Below are positions 1-10,529 of a DNA stretch of 26,701 bases, in pieces. The first letter of the stretch is position 1, and every line of letters starts with the position of its first letter. The notes under the pieces are model-generated. The model ran no database searches, had not been told where the DNA came from, and was given only the letters and a program-made list of their open reading frames with translations. The translations under genes were made by a program, and so were the position numbers. The stretch is from Macrostomum lignano (lineage: Eukaryota), in contig NIVC01001125.1 of the NCBI GenBank assembly GCA_002269645.1, positions 1 to 26,701 on the forward strand, read 5' to 3'.

Positions 1-3000
1 GAGGTGAGGAGAGGGAGTGGAGAGCGAGAGGAGAGGAGAGGTGAGGAGAGGTGAGGAGAGGAGTGGAGAGGAGAGGAGAGTGAGGAGAGGATAGTGAGAG
101 GAGAGGAGAGGAGAGGAGAGGAGAGGAGAGGAGAGGTGAGGAGAGGAGTGGAGAGGAGTGGAGAGGAGAGGAGTGGAGAGGAGAGAGAGGAGAGGTGAGG
201 AGGAGGAGTGGAGAGGAGAGGAGAGGAGTGGAGAGGAGAGGAGTGGAGAGGAGAGGAGTGGAGAGGAGAGGAGAGGTGAGAGAGGAGTGGAGAGAGAGAG
301 TGAGAGGAGAGGAGAGAGAGAGGAGTGGAGAGGAGAGGTGAGGAGAGGAGAGGAGAGGAGAGGTGAGGAGAGGTGAGGAGAGGAGTGGAGAGGAGAGGTG
401 AGAGAGGAGAGGAAGGAGAGGTGAGGAGAGGTGAGGAGTGGAGAGGGAGAGGAGAGGAGAGGAGAGGTGAGGAGAGGAGTGGAGAGGAGAGGAGAGGTGA
501 GGAGAGGAGAGGAGAGGAGAGGTGAGGAGAGGAGTGGAGAGGAGAGGAGAGGAGTGGAGAGGTGAGGAGAGGATAGGAGTGGAGAGGAGAGGAGAGGAGA
601 GGAGAGGAGAGTGAGGAGAGGAGAGGTGAGGAGAGGAGAGGAGAGGAGAGGAGAGGAGAGGAGAGGTGAGGAGAGAGTAGAGGAGAGGAGTGGAGAGGAG
701 AGGAGTGGAGAGAGAGGAGTGGAGAGGAGAGGAGAGGTGAGGAGAGGAGTGGAGAGGAGAGGAGAGGAGAGGTGAGGAGAGGTGAGGGAGGAGTGGAGAG
801 GAGAGGAGATGAGGAGAGGATAGGAGAGGAGAGGAGAGGAGAGGAGAGGAGAGGAGAGGAGAGGTGAGGAGAGGAGTGGAGAGGAGAGGAGTGGAGAGGA
901 GAGGAGTGGAGAGGAGAGGTGAGGAGAGGAGAGGAGAGGAGAGGTGAGGAGAGGAGAGAGAGGTGAGGAGAGAATAGGAGTGGAGAGGAGAGGAGAGGAG
1001 AGGTGAGGAGAGGAGAGGAGAGGAGAGGAGAGAGTGGAGAGGTGAGGAGAGGATAGGAGTGGAGAGGAGAGGAGAGGAGAGGAGAGGAGAGGTGAGGAGA
1101 GGAGAGGAGAGGTGAGGAGAGGAGTGGAGAGGAGAGGAGTGGAGAGGAGAGGAGTGGAGAGGAGAGGAGTGGAGAGGAGAGGAGAGGTGAGGAGAGGAGT
1201 GGAGAGGAGAGGAGTGGAGAGGAGAGGAGTGGAGAGGAGAGGTGAGGAGAGGAGAGGAGAGGAGAGGTGAGGAGAGGTGAGGAGAGGAGTGGAGAGGAGA
1301 GGTGAGGAGAGGAGAGGAGAGGAGAGGTGAGGAGAGGTGAGGAGTGGAGAGGAGAGGAGAGGAGAGGTGAGGAGAGGAGTGGAGAGGAGAGGAGAGGTGA
1401 GGAGAGGAGAGGAGAGGAGAGGTGAGGAGAGGAGTGGAGAGGAGAGGAGAGGAGTGGAGAGGTGAGGAGAGGATAGGAGTGGAGAGGAGAGGAGAGGAGA
1501 GGAGAGGAGAGGTGAGGAGAGGAGAGGTGAGGAGAGGAGAGGAGAGGAGAGGAGAGGAGAGGAGAGGTGAGGAGAGGAGTGGGAGAGGAGAGGAGTGGAG
1601 AGGAGAGGAGTGGAGAGGAGAGGAGTGGAGAGGAGAGGAGAGGTGAGGAGAGGAGTGGAGAGGAGAGGAGAGGAGAGGTGAGGAGAGGTGAGGAGAGGAG
1701 TGGAGAGGAGAGGAGAGGTGAGGAGAGGATAGGAGAGGAGAGGAGAGGAGAGGAGAGGAGAGGAGAGGAGAGGTGAGGAGAGGAGTGGAGAGGAGTGGAG
1801 AGGAGAGGAGTGGAGAGGAGAGGGAGGAGAGGGAGGAGAGGAGTGGAGAGGAGAGGAGAGGAGTGGAGAGGAGAGGAGTGGAGAGAGAGGAGTGGAGAGG
1901 AGAGGAGAGGTGAGGAGAGGAGTGGAGAGGAGAGGAGTGGAGAGGAGAGGAGTGGAGAGGAGAGGTGAGGAGAGGAGAGGAGAGGAGAGGTGAGGAGAGG
2001 TGAGGAGAGGAGTGGAGAGGAGAGGTGAGGAGAGGAGAGGAGAGGAGAGGTGAGGAGAGGTGAGGAGTGGAGAGGAGAGGAGAGGAGAGGTGAGGAGAGG
2101 AGTGGAGAGGAGAGGAGAGGTGAGGAGAGGAGTGGAGAGGAGAGGAGAGGAGAGGAGAGGAGAGGAGAGGAGAGGTGAGGAGAGGAGTGGAGAGGAGTGG
2201 AGAGGAGAGGAGTGGAGAGGAGAGGAGAGGAGAGGTGAGGAGAGGAGTGGAGAGGAGAGGAGTGGAGAGGAGAGGAGTGAGAGGAGAGGAGTGGAGAGGA
2301 GAGGAGAGGTGAGGAGAGGAGTGGAGAGGAGAGGAGTGGAGAGGAGAGGAGTGGAGAGGAGAGGAGAGGAGAGGAGAGGAGAGGAGAGGAGAGGTGAGGA
2401 GAGGAGAGGTGAGGAGAGGAGAGGAGAGGAGAGGTGAGGAGAGGTGAGGAGAGGAGTGGAGAGGAGAGGAGTGGAGAGGAGAGGAGAGGAGAGGAGAGGA
2501 GAGGTGAGGAGAGGAGAGGAGAGAGTGGAGAGGAGAGGAGAGGAGAGGAGAGGAGAGGAGTGGAGAGGAGAGGAGTGGAGAGGAGAGGAGTGGAGAGGAG
2601 AGGAGAGGAGTGGAGAGGAGAGGTGAGAGAGGAGAGGAGAGGAGAGGAGAGGTGAGGAGAGGAGAGGTGAGGAGAGGAGAGGAGAGGAGAGAGTGGAGAG
2701 GAGAGGAGTGGAGAGGAGAGGAGTGGAGAGGAGTGGAGAGGAGTGAGGAGAGGAGAGGAGAGGAGAGGTGAGGAGAGGAGAGGAGAGGAGAGGAGAGGAG
2801 AGGAGAGGTGAGGAGAGGAGTGGAGAGGAGAGGAGTGGAGAGGAGAGGAGTGGAGAGGAGAGGAGAGGAGAGGAGAGGAGAGGAGAGGAGAGGAGTGGAG
2901 AGGAGAGGAGAGGAGAGGTGAGGAGAGGAGAGGAGAGGAGTGGAGAGGAGAGGAGAGGAGAGGAGAGGAGAGGAGAGGAGTGGAGAGGAGAGGAGTGGAG

Positions 3001-3163
3001 AGGAGAGGAGAGGAGAGGAGAGGAGTGGAGAGGAGAGGAGTGGAGAGGGAGGAGAGGTGAGGAGAGGAGAGGAGAGGAGAGGTGAGAGAGAGGAGAGGAG
3101 AGGAGAGGAGAGGGAGAGTGAGGAGAGGAGAGGAGAGGAGAGGAGAGGAGAGGAGAGGAGAGG
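1..3163. repeat. (GGAGA)n pentanucleotide polypurine tract with GGTGA/GAGTG/GGATA variants, truncated by the window start
   Basis: Only G, A and sparse T on the + strand until about 3164; 5-bp periodicity throughout. Confidence 0.98.
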
Positions 3164-3701
3164 GCAGCGGTGAGAGAATCTGGAGCCTACCTTACATGTC
3201 AATAAGGTGTAACGCTGTTCTTCATTTCTATTCTTCGCTCGCAGAACCAGCTTTAAGGTGCGTGAGGCTTCTGAAGCGATTTGACAGGCCTGACAATATC
3301 AATAAGCGTCAATCGCAATGTTTTAGAGCGCATGCACATTTGCTGTGTAAAAAACTGTTTACCAGCTTCAAATTGTACATGCAGTTTGCTGCCTCTGAGT
3401 AATTAAATACAGCTTTTGTCATACAGGTTAAGTCAACTAAGTTGACAATTCCCATTTATGGCAGCAAGTAGATAATTCTGACCTCTACGGGCATGGAAGT
3501 CGGTGTTTAATCATCAGATTTTAATGTGCTCAAAAATGCAATTTTACAGTTTTTTAAACTGGAAGACAGGATAAAGAGATAGAATTACAAACTTGCTTGC
3601 TGTTTTTACTCTGGTCTTTGTCTATAGACAAGACCAAGACCAAACAATTGAATTAGATGTACGCTCTGATCTCTAGACTATAAGCTGACAGAAAGAATCT
3701 C

Positions 3702-4262
3702 GATAGCTCGGTTGCTGGGGTGGATACATGTAGCTTTGTTGCTAGGGTTACTAGCTCGGTTGCTATGACTATATAGCTCGGTTGCTGGGGTGGATAGCTT
3801 GGTTGCTAGGGTTACTAGCTCGGTTGCTAGGAGTAGATAGCTCGGTTGCTGAGGTGGATAGCTTGGTTGCTAGGGTTACTAGCTCGGTTGCTAGGAGTAG
3901 ATAGCTCGGTTGCTAGGGATAGATAGCTCGGTTGCTAGGGCTGGATAGCTCGGTTGCTGGGGTGGATAGCTTGGTTGCTAGGGTTACTAGCTCGGTTGCT
4001 AGGAGTAGATAGCTCGGTTGCTAGGAGTAGATGATATCTCGGTTGCTAGTAGATAGCTCGGTTGCTAGTAGATAGCTCGGTTGCTAGGGATAGATAGTCC
4101 CGGTTGCTAGGGATAGATAGCTTGGTTGCTAGGGCTAGCACGGTTGCTAGGGATGGAAGCACCCTAACGAGCTAGCTTAGTTAGGGTGCTTGGTTGCTAA
4201 GGCTAGAGATAGCTGGGTTGATAGGGGAAGATGGCTCGGTTGCTAAGGATAGATAGCTTAGA
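3702..4262. repeat. Degenerate ~18-22-bp minisatellite with core GATAGCTCGGTTGCTAGG (family copy 1)
   Basis: More than 20 recurrences of (c/t)(t/c)GGTTGCT(a/g)GG. Confidence 0.93.
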
Positions 4263-4933
4263 TCGCTGGGTTGGCTGCAACATGATAGATATCAATTAAT
4301 TTGAGTTTAAGAATCTGTAAAAAAATTAATTGTGTAGAAAATGTTGAATACGTCAGTAGCTTAAAGTAAGCTTTTTCCCAAGAAACAGGGTGCCGTCTAC
4401 ATAAGTGGTCATTATATTGGTGCACATTTTTACAGCTAATAGAAGTGGCTGCTTTTAGTCAAGGCAGAAATAGCCTTTTTGTGATCTGACCATGGAACAG
4501 CATTTTGTTTTTAACTTTCTCGCCTTTCAGAATTCCCTTTGAAATGCTTTCTGCACAATCAGACTAGAAGTACAATCGATGAGAACAGGAGGCTTGGGGT
4601 TAAATATCTCAACAGAATGGCGAAGCAACTTGACAGTTCTCAACCCAGCCAATTTTATATTTGGGAACGTGCTAATTCACCTGCGTGCACCGCCAACTTT
4701 AATAATTCCAACACAAAAAGACTCCACAAGCCACAGCCAATTGCAAAGATTGGGCTTAGGCAATTATCTCGACCAGCCTAGCCAGGTAATTGCTGTTTTC
4801 TGAGTCAACAAAGCTTTATTGCGAAGCAGGTGCAGTGGCGGCTAGTCTGTCTGCCCTGGGTTGGCTATTCAATGAAGCTCGTATATATACCTCTAAAGAC
4901 GTCGAATTAGCAGAGCTTATAATATCGCATTGA

Positions 4934-5278
4934 AAAATCCCAAATCCCAAATCCCATCTGATCCTAGAGCTCAATATCCCAAATCCTATCTATCATAGGG
5001 ATAAATAATCCCATATCACATCTGATCCTACAGCTCAATAATCCCAAATCCCATCTGATCATAGGAATCAATAATCCAAAATCCCATATGATCATAGGGA
5101 TTAATAATCCCAAATCCCATATGATCCTAGAGCTCAATAATCCTAAATCCCATGATCCTAGAGCTCAATAATCCCAAATCACATGATCATAGGGATAGAT
5201 AATCCCAAATTGCATCTGATCATAGGGATCAATAATCCCAAATCCCATCCGATCCTATAGCTCAAAATCCAAAATTCA
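4934..5278. repeat. 33-bp minisatellite AATAATCCCAAATCCCATCTGATCATAGGGATC
   Basis: Unit starts at 5037 and 5070 (period 33); about 10 copies. Confidence 0.92.
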
Positions 5279-5687
5279 ATTAAAGCTGAAAAATGGAAGC
5301 AAAAATGGAAGCTGAACTCTAGCCAAGTAGCCATTGTCAACAAGAACCAGAAACAGACGGTTTTACTGAACTAAAACAGACACACCAGCACAAAACTCTT
5401 TATTTTTTGCGATTGCCCTCTGCTAAATAACTCACTCCTGTAAGATAATCAGTAGAACTATTTTACACGACAAAGGAAAATTAGACAATGAACAGGACAA
5501 ACAGCCAAGGTTATGGTTAGGGTTAAACAAGATTAAAGCTGTGTTCAAACAAAATAACAATTAAATGATACAGAAATAATGTATTAATACTCGTAACATC
5601 GAAAAATTATTAATTAAGGCTAAATATCAGACTTGAAGCAAGCAGATTTTATTAAGCCTATTTCGAATGAAGTATTAGTTTGTGAGA

Positions 5688-5927
5688 TGGATAGCTCGCT
5701 TGCTACGACTAGCTTGGTTGCTAGGGCCAGCTTGGTTGCTAAGGGTTCCTTGGTTGCTAAGGATATCTTGGTTGCTGGGGCCAGCTTGGTTGCTAAGGTT
5801 AGCTCGGTTGTTAAGGCTAGCTTGGTTGCTAGGGCCAGATAGGTTGCTAAAGCTAGCTTGGTTGCTAGGGCTATCTTGGTTGCTAGGGCCAGCTTGGTTG
5901 CTATGGCAGATAGCTCAGTTGCTAAGG
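5688..5927. repeat. ~18-bp GGTTGCTAGG-family minisatellite (copy 2)
   Basis: Repeated GCCAGCTTGGTTGCTA(A/G)G; same core as 3702-4262. Confidence 0.9.
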
Positions 5928-6342
5928 TGTCAGCATTAGCTTTGAATTTTTTATTGACAGAAAAATTATCCAATAGTTTCCATTACATGTAGATAGAGTT
6001 CCACTGTTACGCAAACACTAAATGTAGTTAATAATTAAAACAAAACTAAATTGCCTTTTGGCACTTTAAAGCAATAAAAAGTACTAATTAAAAGCACATA
6101 TTTTGTACGGTACATTAATAATCTATATTTAATCAAGCGGGAATTAGGATTCAAGAAATACGCAAAACTCTCAAGATAATATTTAAACAAAAAATGCCAA
6201 TATTAAAAGCAGACAATAACACTTTCCCAGTCCATTTTCCCATTTAAACATACTAATGAGAAAAAAACTACTAACAGTAGGCAAAATGAACAAGGCACCA
6301 CAAATTCGACAATAGATGACATTATACAGTACATCATATATT

Positions 6343-6348
6343 TTTATT
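6343..6348 (-). terminator. Probable polyadenylation signal of SLC33A1
   Basis: AATAAA on the minus strand about 95 nt after the TGA, followed by T/G-rich sequence. Confidence 0.6.
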
Positions 6349-6441
6349 AATTAAAACAAAACACAACAATCTCTTATTGGTTATCATGTGTCTTTGGAAT
6401 TCACATAGGAATGTCACAAACATACGAAGAAAAGTGAATTT

Positions 6442-6668
6442 TCACGTAACTTTCCAATGCTCCAACGGCAGAGACTCCAGACGCCTGAACGTGGCGCGAA
6501 TTCGCAGCAGAACCACAATGCCCAGGATGAAGCACAGGCCAGACTGGATGTAGTACCCATCCACTAGGGTGATGCAGGACGACTCAGACTCCAGGCTTGG
6601 GGTGCTGCACGACTTGATTGATATGTAGTCAACCACGAATAGCAGGAAAGTGACTGGAGCGCTGCCGG
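6442..6668 (-). CDS. SLC33A1: Acetyl-CoA transporter 1 (AT-1), last exon
   Basis: Acceptor tttcccctcag|CC; the phase-1 join gives TNL-A-GSAPVTFLLFVVDY...DGYYIQSGLCFILG, matching AT-1 NLGGNWP...DGYY; TGA at 6444-6442. Confidence 0.9.
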
Positions 6669-6819
6669 CTGAGGGGAAATATTTATTAACAATAGTTATG
6701 TATCTGCATAAAGCTTAAGCATTATTGTTCAAGAAATGTCTTATAAGGAAAAATAAGAAATAGAAAAGACTTCTGCTTGGATGAATTTTTGCTAAGGGAG
6801 GGATAATCAGTAGGTGGAC

Positions 6820-7395
6820 AACTCGGTTGCTAGGGATAGATTGATCGGTTACTGGGGCAAATAGTTGGATTGCTATGGATAGATATCTCGGTTGCTAGGG
6901 GGAGATACCACGGTTGCTAAGGGTAGATAACTTAATTGCTAGGCTTAGATAGTTCGGTAATTCGGTTGCTATGGGGTAGATACGAGCGTAAGCTTGGTTG
7001 CTAGGGCAAACAGTTGGGTTGGGTTGCTATAAAATTGGTATATCTATGGCTAGACAGCTCGGTTGGTAGGGGTAGATAGCTCGGTTGCTATCGATATATA
7101 GCTCGGTTGCTATGGATATATAGCTCGGTTGCTATGGATATATAGCTCGGTTGCTATGGATATATAGCTCGGTTGCTATGGATATATATAGCTCGGTTGC
7201 TATGGATATATAGCTCGGTTGCTATGGATATATAGCTCGGTTGCTATGGATATATAACTCGGTTGCTAGGGCGTAGTTAACTCAGTTGCTTGGGATTGAT
7301 AGCTCGGTTGCTAGGGTAGATAGCTATAGGTTGCTAGGAGTGGATAGCTCGGTTGCTAGGGCTAGACAGCTCGGTTGCTAAGGCTAGATAGCTTA
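6820..7395. repeat. ~20-bp GGTTGCT-family minisatellite (copy 3) in the last SLC33A1 intron
   Basis: Near-perfect TATATAGCTCGGTTGCTATGGA units at about 7080-7265 with degenerate flanks. Confidence 0.93.
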
Positions 7396-7486
7396 GGTAA
7401 GTGGGTTGGCTAAAATTGGTATATCTATAAATTTAGAACTCAAGAAGATTCCAATAAAATCAGAATCCAACATTCGACAGTCTCAC

Positions 7487-8117
7487 CTAGATTAGTAACG
7501 GTATTAAGCAGAGTCATATAAGTGCCGCCAACATTCGGATCGGACACTTTAGCGTGGAAAGCCATCTGAGACACGAACATGGCGTACATGAACACCTGAT
7601 GGGCCAGATAGGCAACGGTCACTAGCAGGAAATAGTGCCAAGGATAGCTGGCATCGTGGGCAGATTTAAACCGAGGCGTTATCCAAACTAAGCCGGCAAA
7701 CAGCAGGCCCAACAGCAGCCTGGGCAGGGCACTCTTTGTGTACAAAGACAATGGCCGATTGCCAACGTGTCTACTTAGCAGCACAGGCAGAACCAGTTGA
7801 AACGGCGTGACAACAACGCCTAAAAGTGCCAGACGTTCTTTCGGCACACCGGCTTCGATGAGTTTCAATCCGGTCATGCCGTCGGCGGCAGCGAAAGCCG
7901 ATTTCAACAGGCACAGGCAGAACAGGTACAGCAGGACTGGCCGCAGGCGCATGACCTTGGCTAGGATGGCATAGGTCTCCCTAACACCGAGATTGTCGTT
8001 ATCAACTTCCGAGCTGCTGTTACTGCTGCTAGTTGATTCTTCCCGACGGAATAGCAGGCAAAATGTGGTGCCAAGGAACACTAGGCCCCAGAAACGGAGG
8101 AAACCCGACAGGCTCAC
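7487..8117 (-). CDS. SLC33A1: Acetyl-CoA transporter 1, internal exon
   Basis: Acceptor cacacgcag|GTG; donor G|GTGAGA; encodes GLKLIEAGVPKERLALL and SQMAFHAKVSDPNVGGTYMTLLNTVTNL, both diagnostic AT-1 motifs. Confidence 0.95.
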
Positions 8118-8179
8118 CTGCGTGTGTGCAGTTTGGAGTCATACCGATATTTTATAGTTGGTATAAGCCGCTTTTAGCT

Positions 8180-8665
8180 ACGAGACTCTTAGAATGACTG
8201 TTTTGTATGAGCATCCTACAATGACCATTTTGTATGAGTCTTTTACAATGAGCGTCATGCATGATCCTCTTACAATGACCGTTTTGCATGAGCTCCTTGC
8301 AATGACCATTTCATATGAGTCTCTTAGAATGACGGTTTTACATGAGCTTTTGACAATGACCGTTTTATATGAGTCTTTTACAATGACCGACATGCACGAT
8401 CCTCTTAGCTCATACAATGATTTTTTTCTATGAGCTTCCTTAAATGACAGTTTTAATATGAGCCTCTTACAATAACCGTTTTGCATGAGCTCCTGGCAAT
8501 GACCCTTTTACATGAGCCTTTTACAATGACTGTCATGCATGATCCTCTTAGCTCGTAAGTCGTAAATGACATTTTTATATGATTCTCTGACAATGACGCT
8601 TGTTATGAAGATATGAGCCTTTTTTAGAAATGACTGTTTTGTGTGAGCCAGTTGCAATGAGAATT
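8180..8665. repeat. Degenerate ~30-bp minisatellite (TTGCATGAGCTCCTTACAATGACCGTT-like) in an SLC33A1 intron
   Basis: Repeated ATGAG...TTACAATGAC with a period of about 30. Confidence 0.88.
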
Positions 8666-8708
8666 TTGCACCTTTCCAATGAGTCTATTAAAAAAAGCGA
8701 TGACTCAC

Positions 8709-9161
8709 CAGACCAACAGGCTCAGGCCTGCTCCGCAGCCAGGTGTTGCAAAAGTCGGCCGACTCCAACGCCAGGAACAGCACGTAGGCAATGAAATAGC
8801 CGGCAGTCTGACCAACCGAGTTGCAACCGGATGCCCAAGCAACATTGCGCCTGCTCAGCATAGTCAGAGCCCAGCCGTCAACAGCAATGTCCTGCGTTGC
8901 GGCCAGGAATGTTAGGGAGAAAAATCCCGCCGCCAGAGGCAGAACTCGAACCGGCCCGGGCGGGTTCTCGCCCAACAGCCAGTCCGTGTAGCTGGCCAAT
9001 GTGGTCATAGCGGCCGCTAGGCCGAACTGCACCGGTATTAACCAGGACTTCCGGCGACCAAATCGAGCCGAGTAGATCGAATCCACCAGCGGTGCCCACA
9101 GTAGTTTGAGCGAGAATGGCCAGAATACGAAGGAAAATGTACCCTGAGCTGTGTAGCTCAC
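8709..9161 (-). CDS. SLC33A1: Acetyl-CoA transporter 1, internal exon
   Basis: Acceptor ccgcccag|GTG; donor CTG|GTGAGT; 453 nt, phase 0/0; encodes FSFVFWPFSLKLLWAPLVDS...GRRKSW...ATQDIAVDGWALTMLS. Confidence 0.96.
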
Positions 9162-9351
9162 CTGGGCGGCGTGCGGTTATGGGGGTTATTTGGCAAGAAA
9201 GTGTCATTGGATGTTAAAATGCTAAACATACCTGGCCAAAACCTTATCACGCTCAAAGCAATGGGGTCTAGTGGAGAGATTGAACAAACAAATAAAGTCT
9301 ATAATCACGCGTTTAGTAGACAAATGATCACATTCATTGGGATCTTATTAT

Positions 9352-9923
9352 TCCGGACAGAAAGTGTGAAGTCGTGAAGACTCTCTGGGCAGAAAGTGTG
9401 AAGTCGTGAAGACTCTGGGCAGAAAGTGTGAAGTCGTGAAGACTCTGGGCAGAAAGTGTGAAGTCGTGAAGACTCTGGGCAGAAAGTGTGAAGTCGTGAA
9501 GACTCTGGGCAGAAAGTGTGAAGTCGTGAAGACTCTGGGCAGAAAGTGTGAAGTCGTGAAGACTCTGGGCAGAAAGTGTGAAGTCGTGAAGACTCTGGGC
9601 AGAAAGTGTGAAGTCGTGAAGACTCTGGGCAGAAAGTGTGAAGTCGTGAAGACTCTGGGCAGAAAGTGTGAAGTCGTGAAGACTCTGGGCAGAAAGTGTG
9701 AAGTCGTGAAGACTGGGCAGAAAGTGTGAAGTCGTGAAGACTCGGGCAGAAAGTGTGAAGTCGTGAAGACTCTGGGCAGAAAGTGTGAAGTCGTGAAGAC
9801 TCTGGGCAGAAAGTGTGAAGTCGTGAAGACTCTGGGCAGAAAGTGTGAAGTCGTGAAGACTCCGGGCACAAAGTGTGAAGTCGTGAAGGCTCCGGACAGA
9901 AAGTGTGAAGTCGTGAAGACTCA
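9352..9923. repeat. Near-perfect 30-bp minisatellite GACTCTGGGCAGAAAGTGTGAAGTCGTGAA, about 19 copies
   Basis: Identical consecutive lines at 9421-9700 (two units per 60 nt). Confidence 0.98.

Positions 9924-9924
<1 letters not shown>

Positions 9925-9960
<36 letters not shown>
9925..9960. repeat. (GA)n microsatellite
   Basis: About 18 GA units abutting the 30-bp array. Confidence 0.95.
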
Positions 9961-10049
9961 TTGTGAAGGTGCAGTGTAGGGCTGATCACTGGGGCAACTT
10001 AGATCGCGAGAACCAGGATGATCTTGGTGAGAATCCGCAACTGCCTCAC

Positions 10050-10172
10050 CTTCCTAGCCGTGAGAATGTAGGGCACAGAGCCGGCCAGACCCAGCGGTAT
10101 GCCCTGCAGCACGTACAGAAATGTGAGCAACAGGACAGATCGCCGATCCTGCGAGCTCATCTCGCCTAGCGA
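10050..10172 (-). CDS. SLC33A1: Acetyl-CoA transporter 1, exon with the first TM helix (5' boundary uncertain)
   Basis: Encodes SVLLLTFLYVLQGIPLGLAGSVPYIL, matching AT-1 ILLLLFLYVLQGIPLGLAGSIP; donor AAG|GTGAGG is in phase with the next exon. Confidence 0.9.
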
Positions 10173-10243
10173 CTGAGCAGACAAGTCCCCATGCCAGCGG
10201 GGCCGCCTTCCACGCTCGGCTGATGAGGATTCGAGTTTTTCAC

Positions 10244-10516
10244 CGGCGAACGAGCCTGCCGTGCCTTCTTGAGCAGTTGAGCAGTTGACGAAGCGGCTTC
10301 GGCTTCTTCAGCTTCTGGCGATGTAGAAGTAGTGGATCCGCTGGAGTTGTCGGCCTCTTCAATATCGTTATCGTCTGTGAGATCTCCGCTAGTGTTGAGA
10401 GGCACTTGTGAGGGAATTTCTATGTCCAAGCTGAGTCCTTCCACTCGCTGTTGCTGCCTGCTGCTTGACCGGCTGTTGCCGGCGACACGACGCTGGCGGG
10501 TGGCTGGGGATGGCAT
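10244..10516 (-). CDS. SLC33A1: Probable N-terminal cytosolic tail of SLC33A1 (ATG at 10516)
   Basis: MPSPATRQRR resembles the AT-1 N-terminus (MSPT...RQRR). Joining to the TM1 frame needs a 71-nt intron (10243-10173) or an indel. The resulting ~568 aa fits the family size. Confidence 0.6.
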
Positions 10517-10529
10517 GCAAGGGAGTCAG

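Noticed and set aside
158-3173. ORFs such as MRRGEERRGEE in the GGAGA tract
   Set aside because: Translations of a pentamer repeat that lacks stop codons; they start at GTG; no coding signal.
5620-5973. ATKLAL-repeat ORF (and the overlapping + strand ORFs)
   Set aside because: An 18-bp unit keeps the frame open by arithmetic; the same family occurs non-coding in an SLC33A1 intron.
8178-9966. Repeat ORFs (CPESSRLHTF, KTLGRKCEVV, MTVLYE and similar)
   Set aside because: They come from 30-bp intronic minisatellites or are antisense shadows of SLC33A1 exons.
10510-10520. Genomic TTGCATG at the SLC33A1 start resembling the 3' end of a flatworm spliced leader
   Set aside because: A 7-nt match only; no SL stem-loop, adjacent donor GT or Sm site, so it is not an SL RNA gene.
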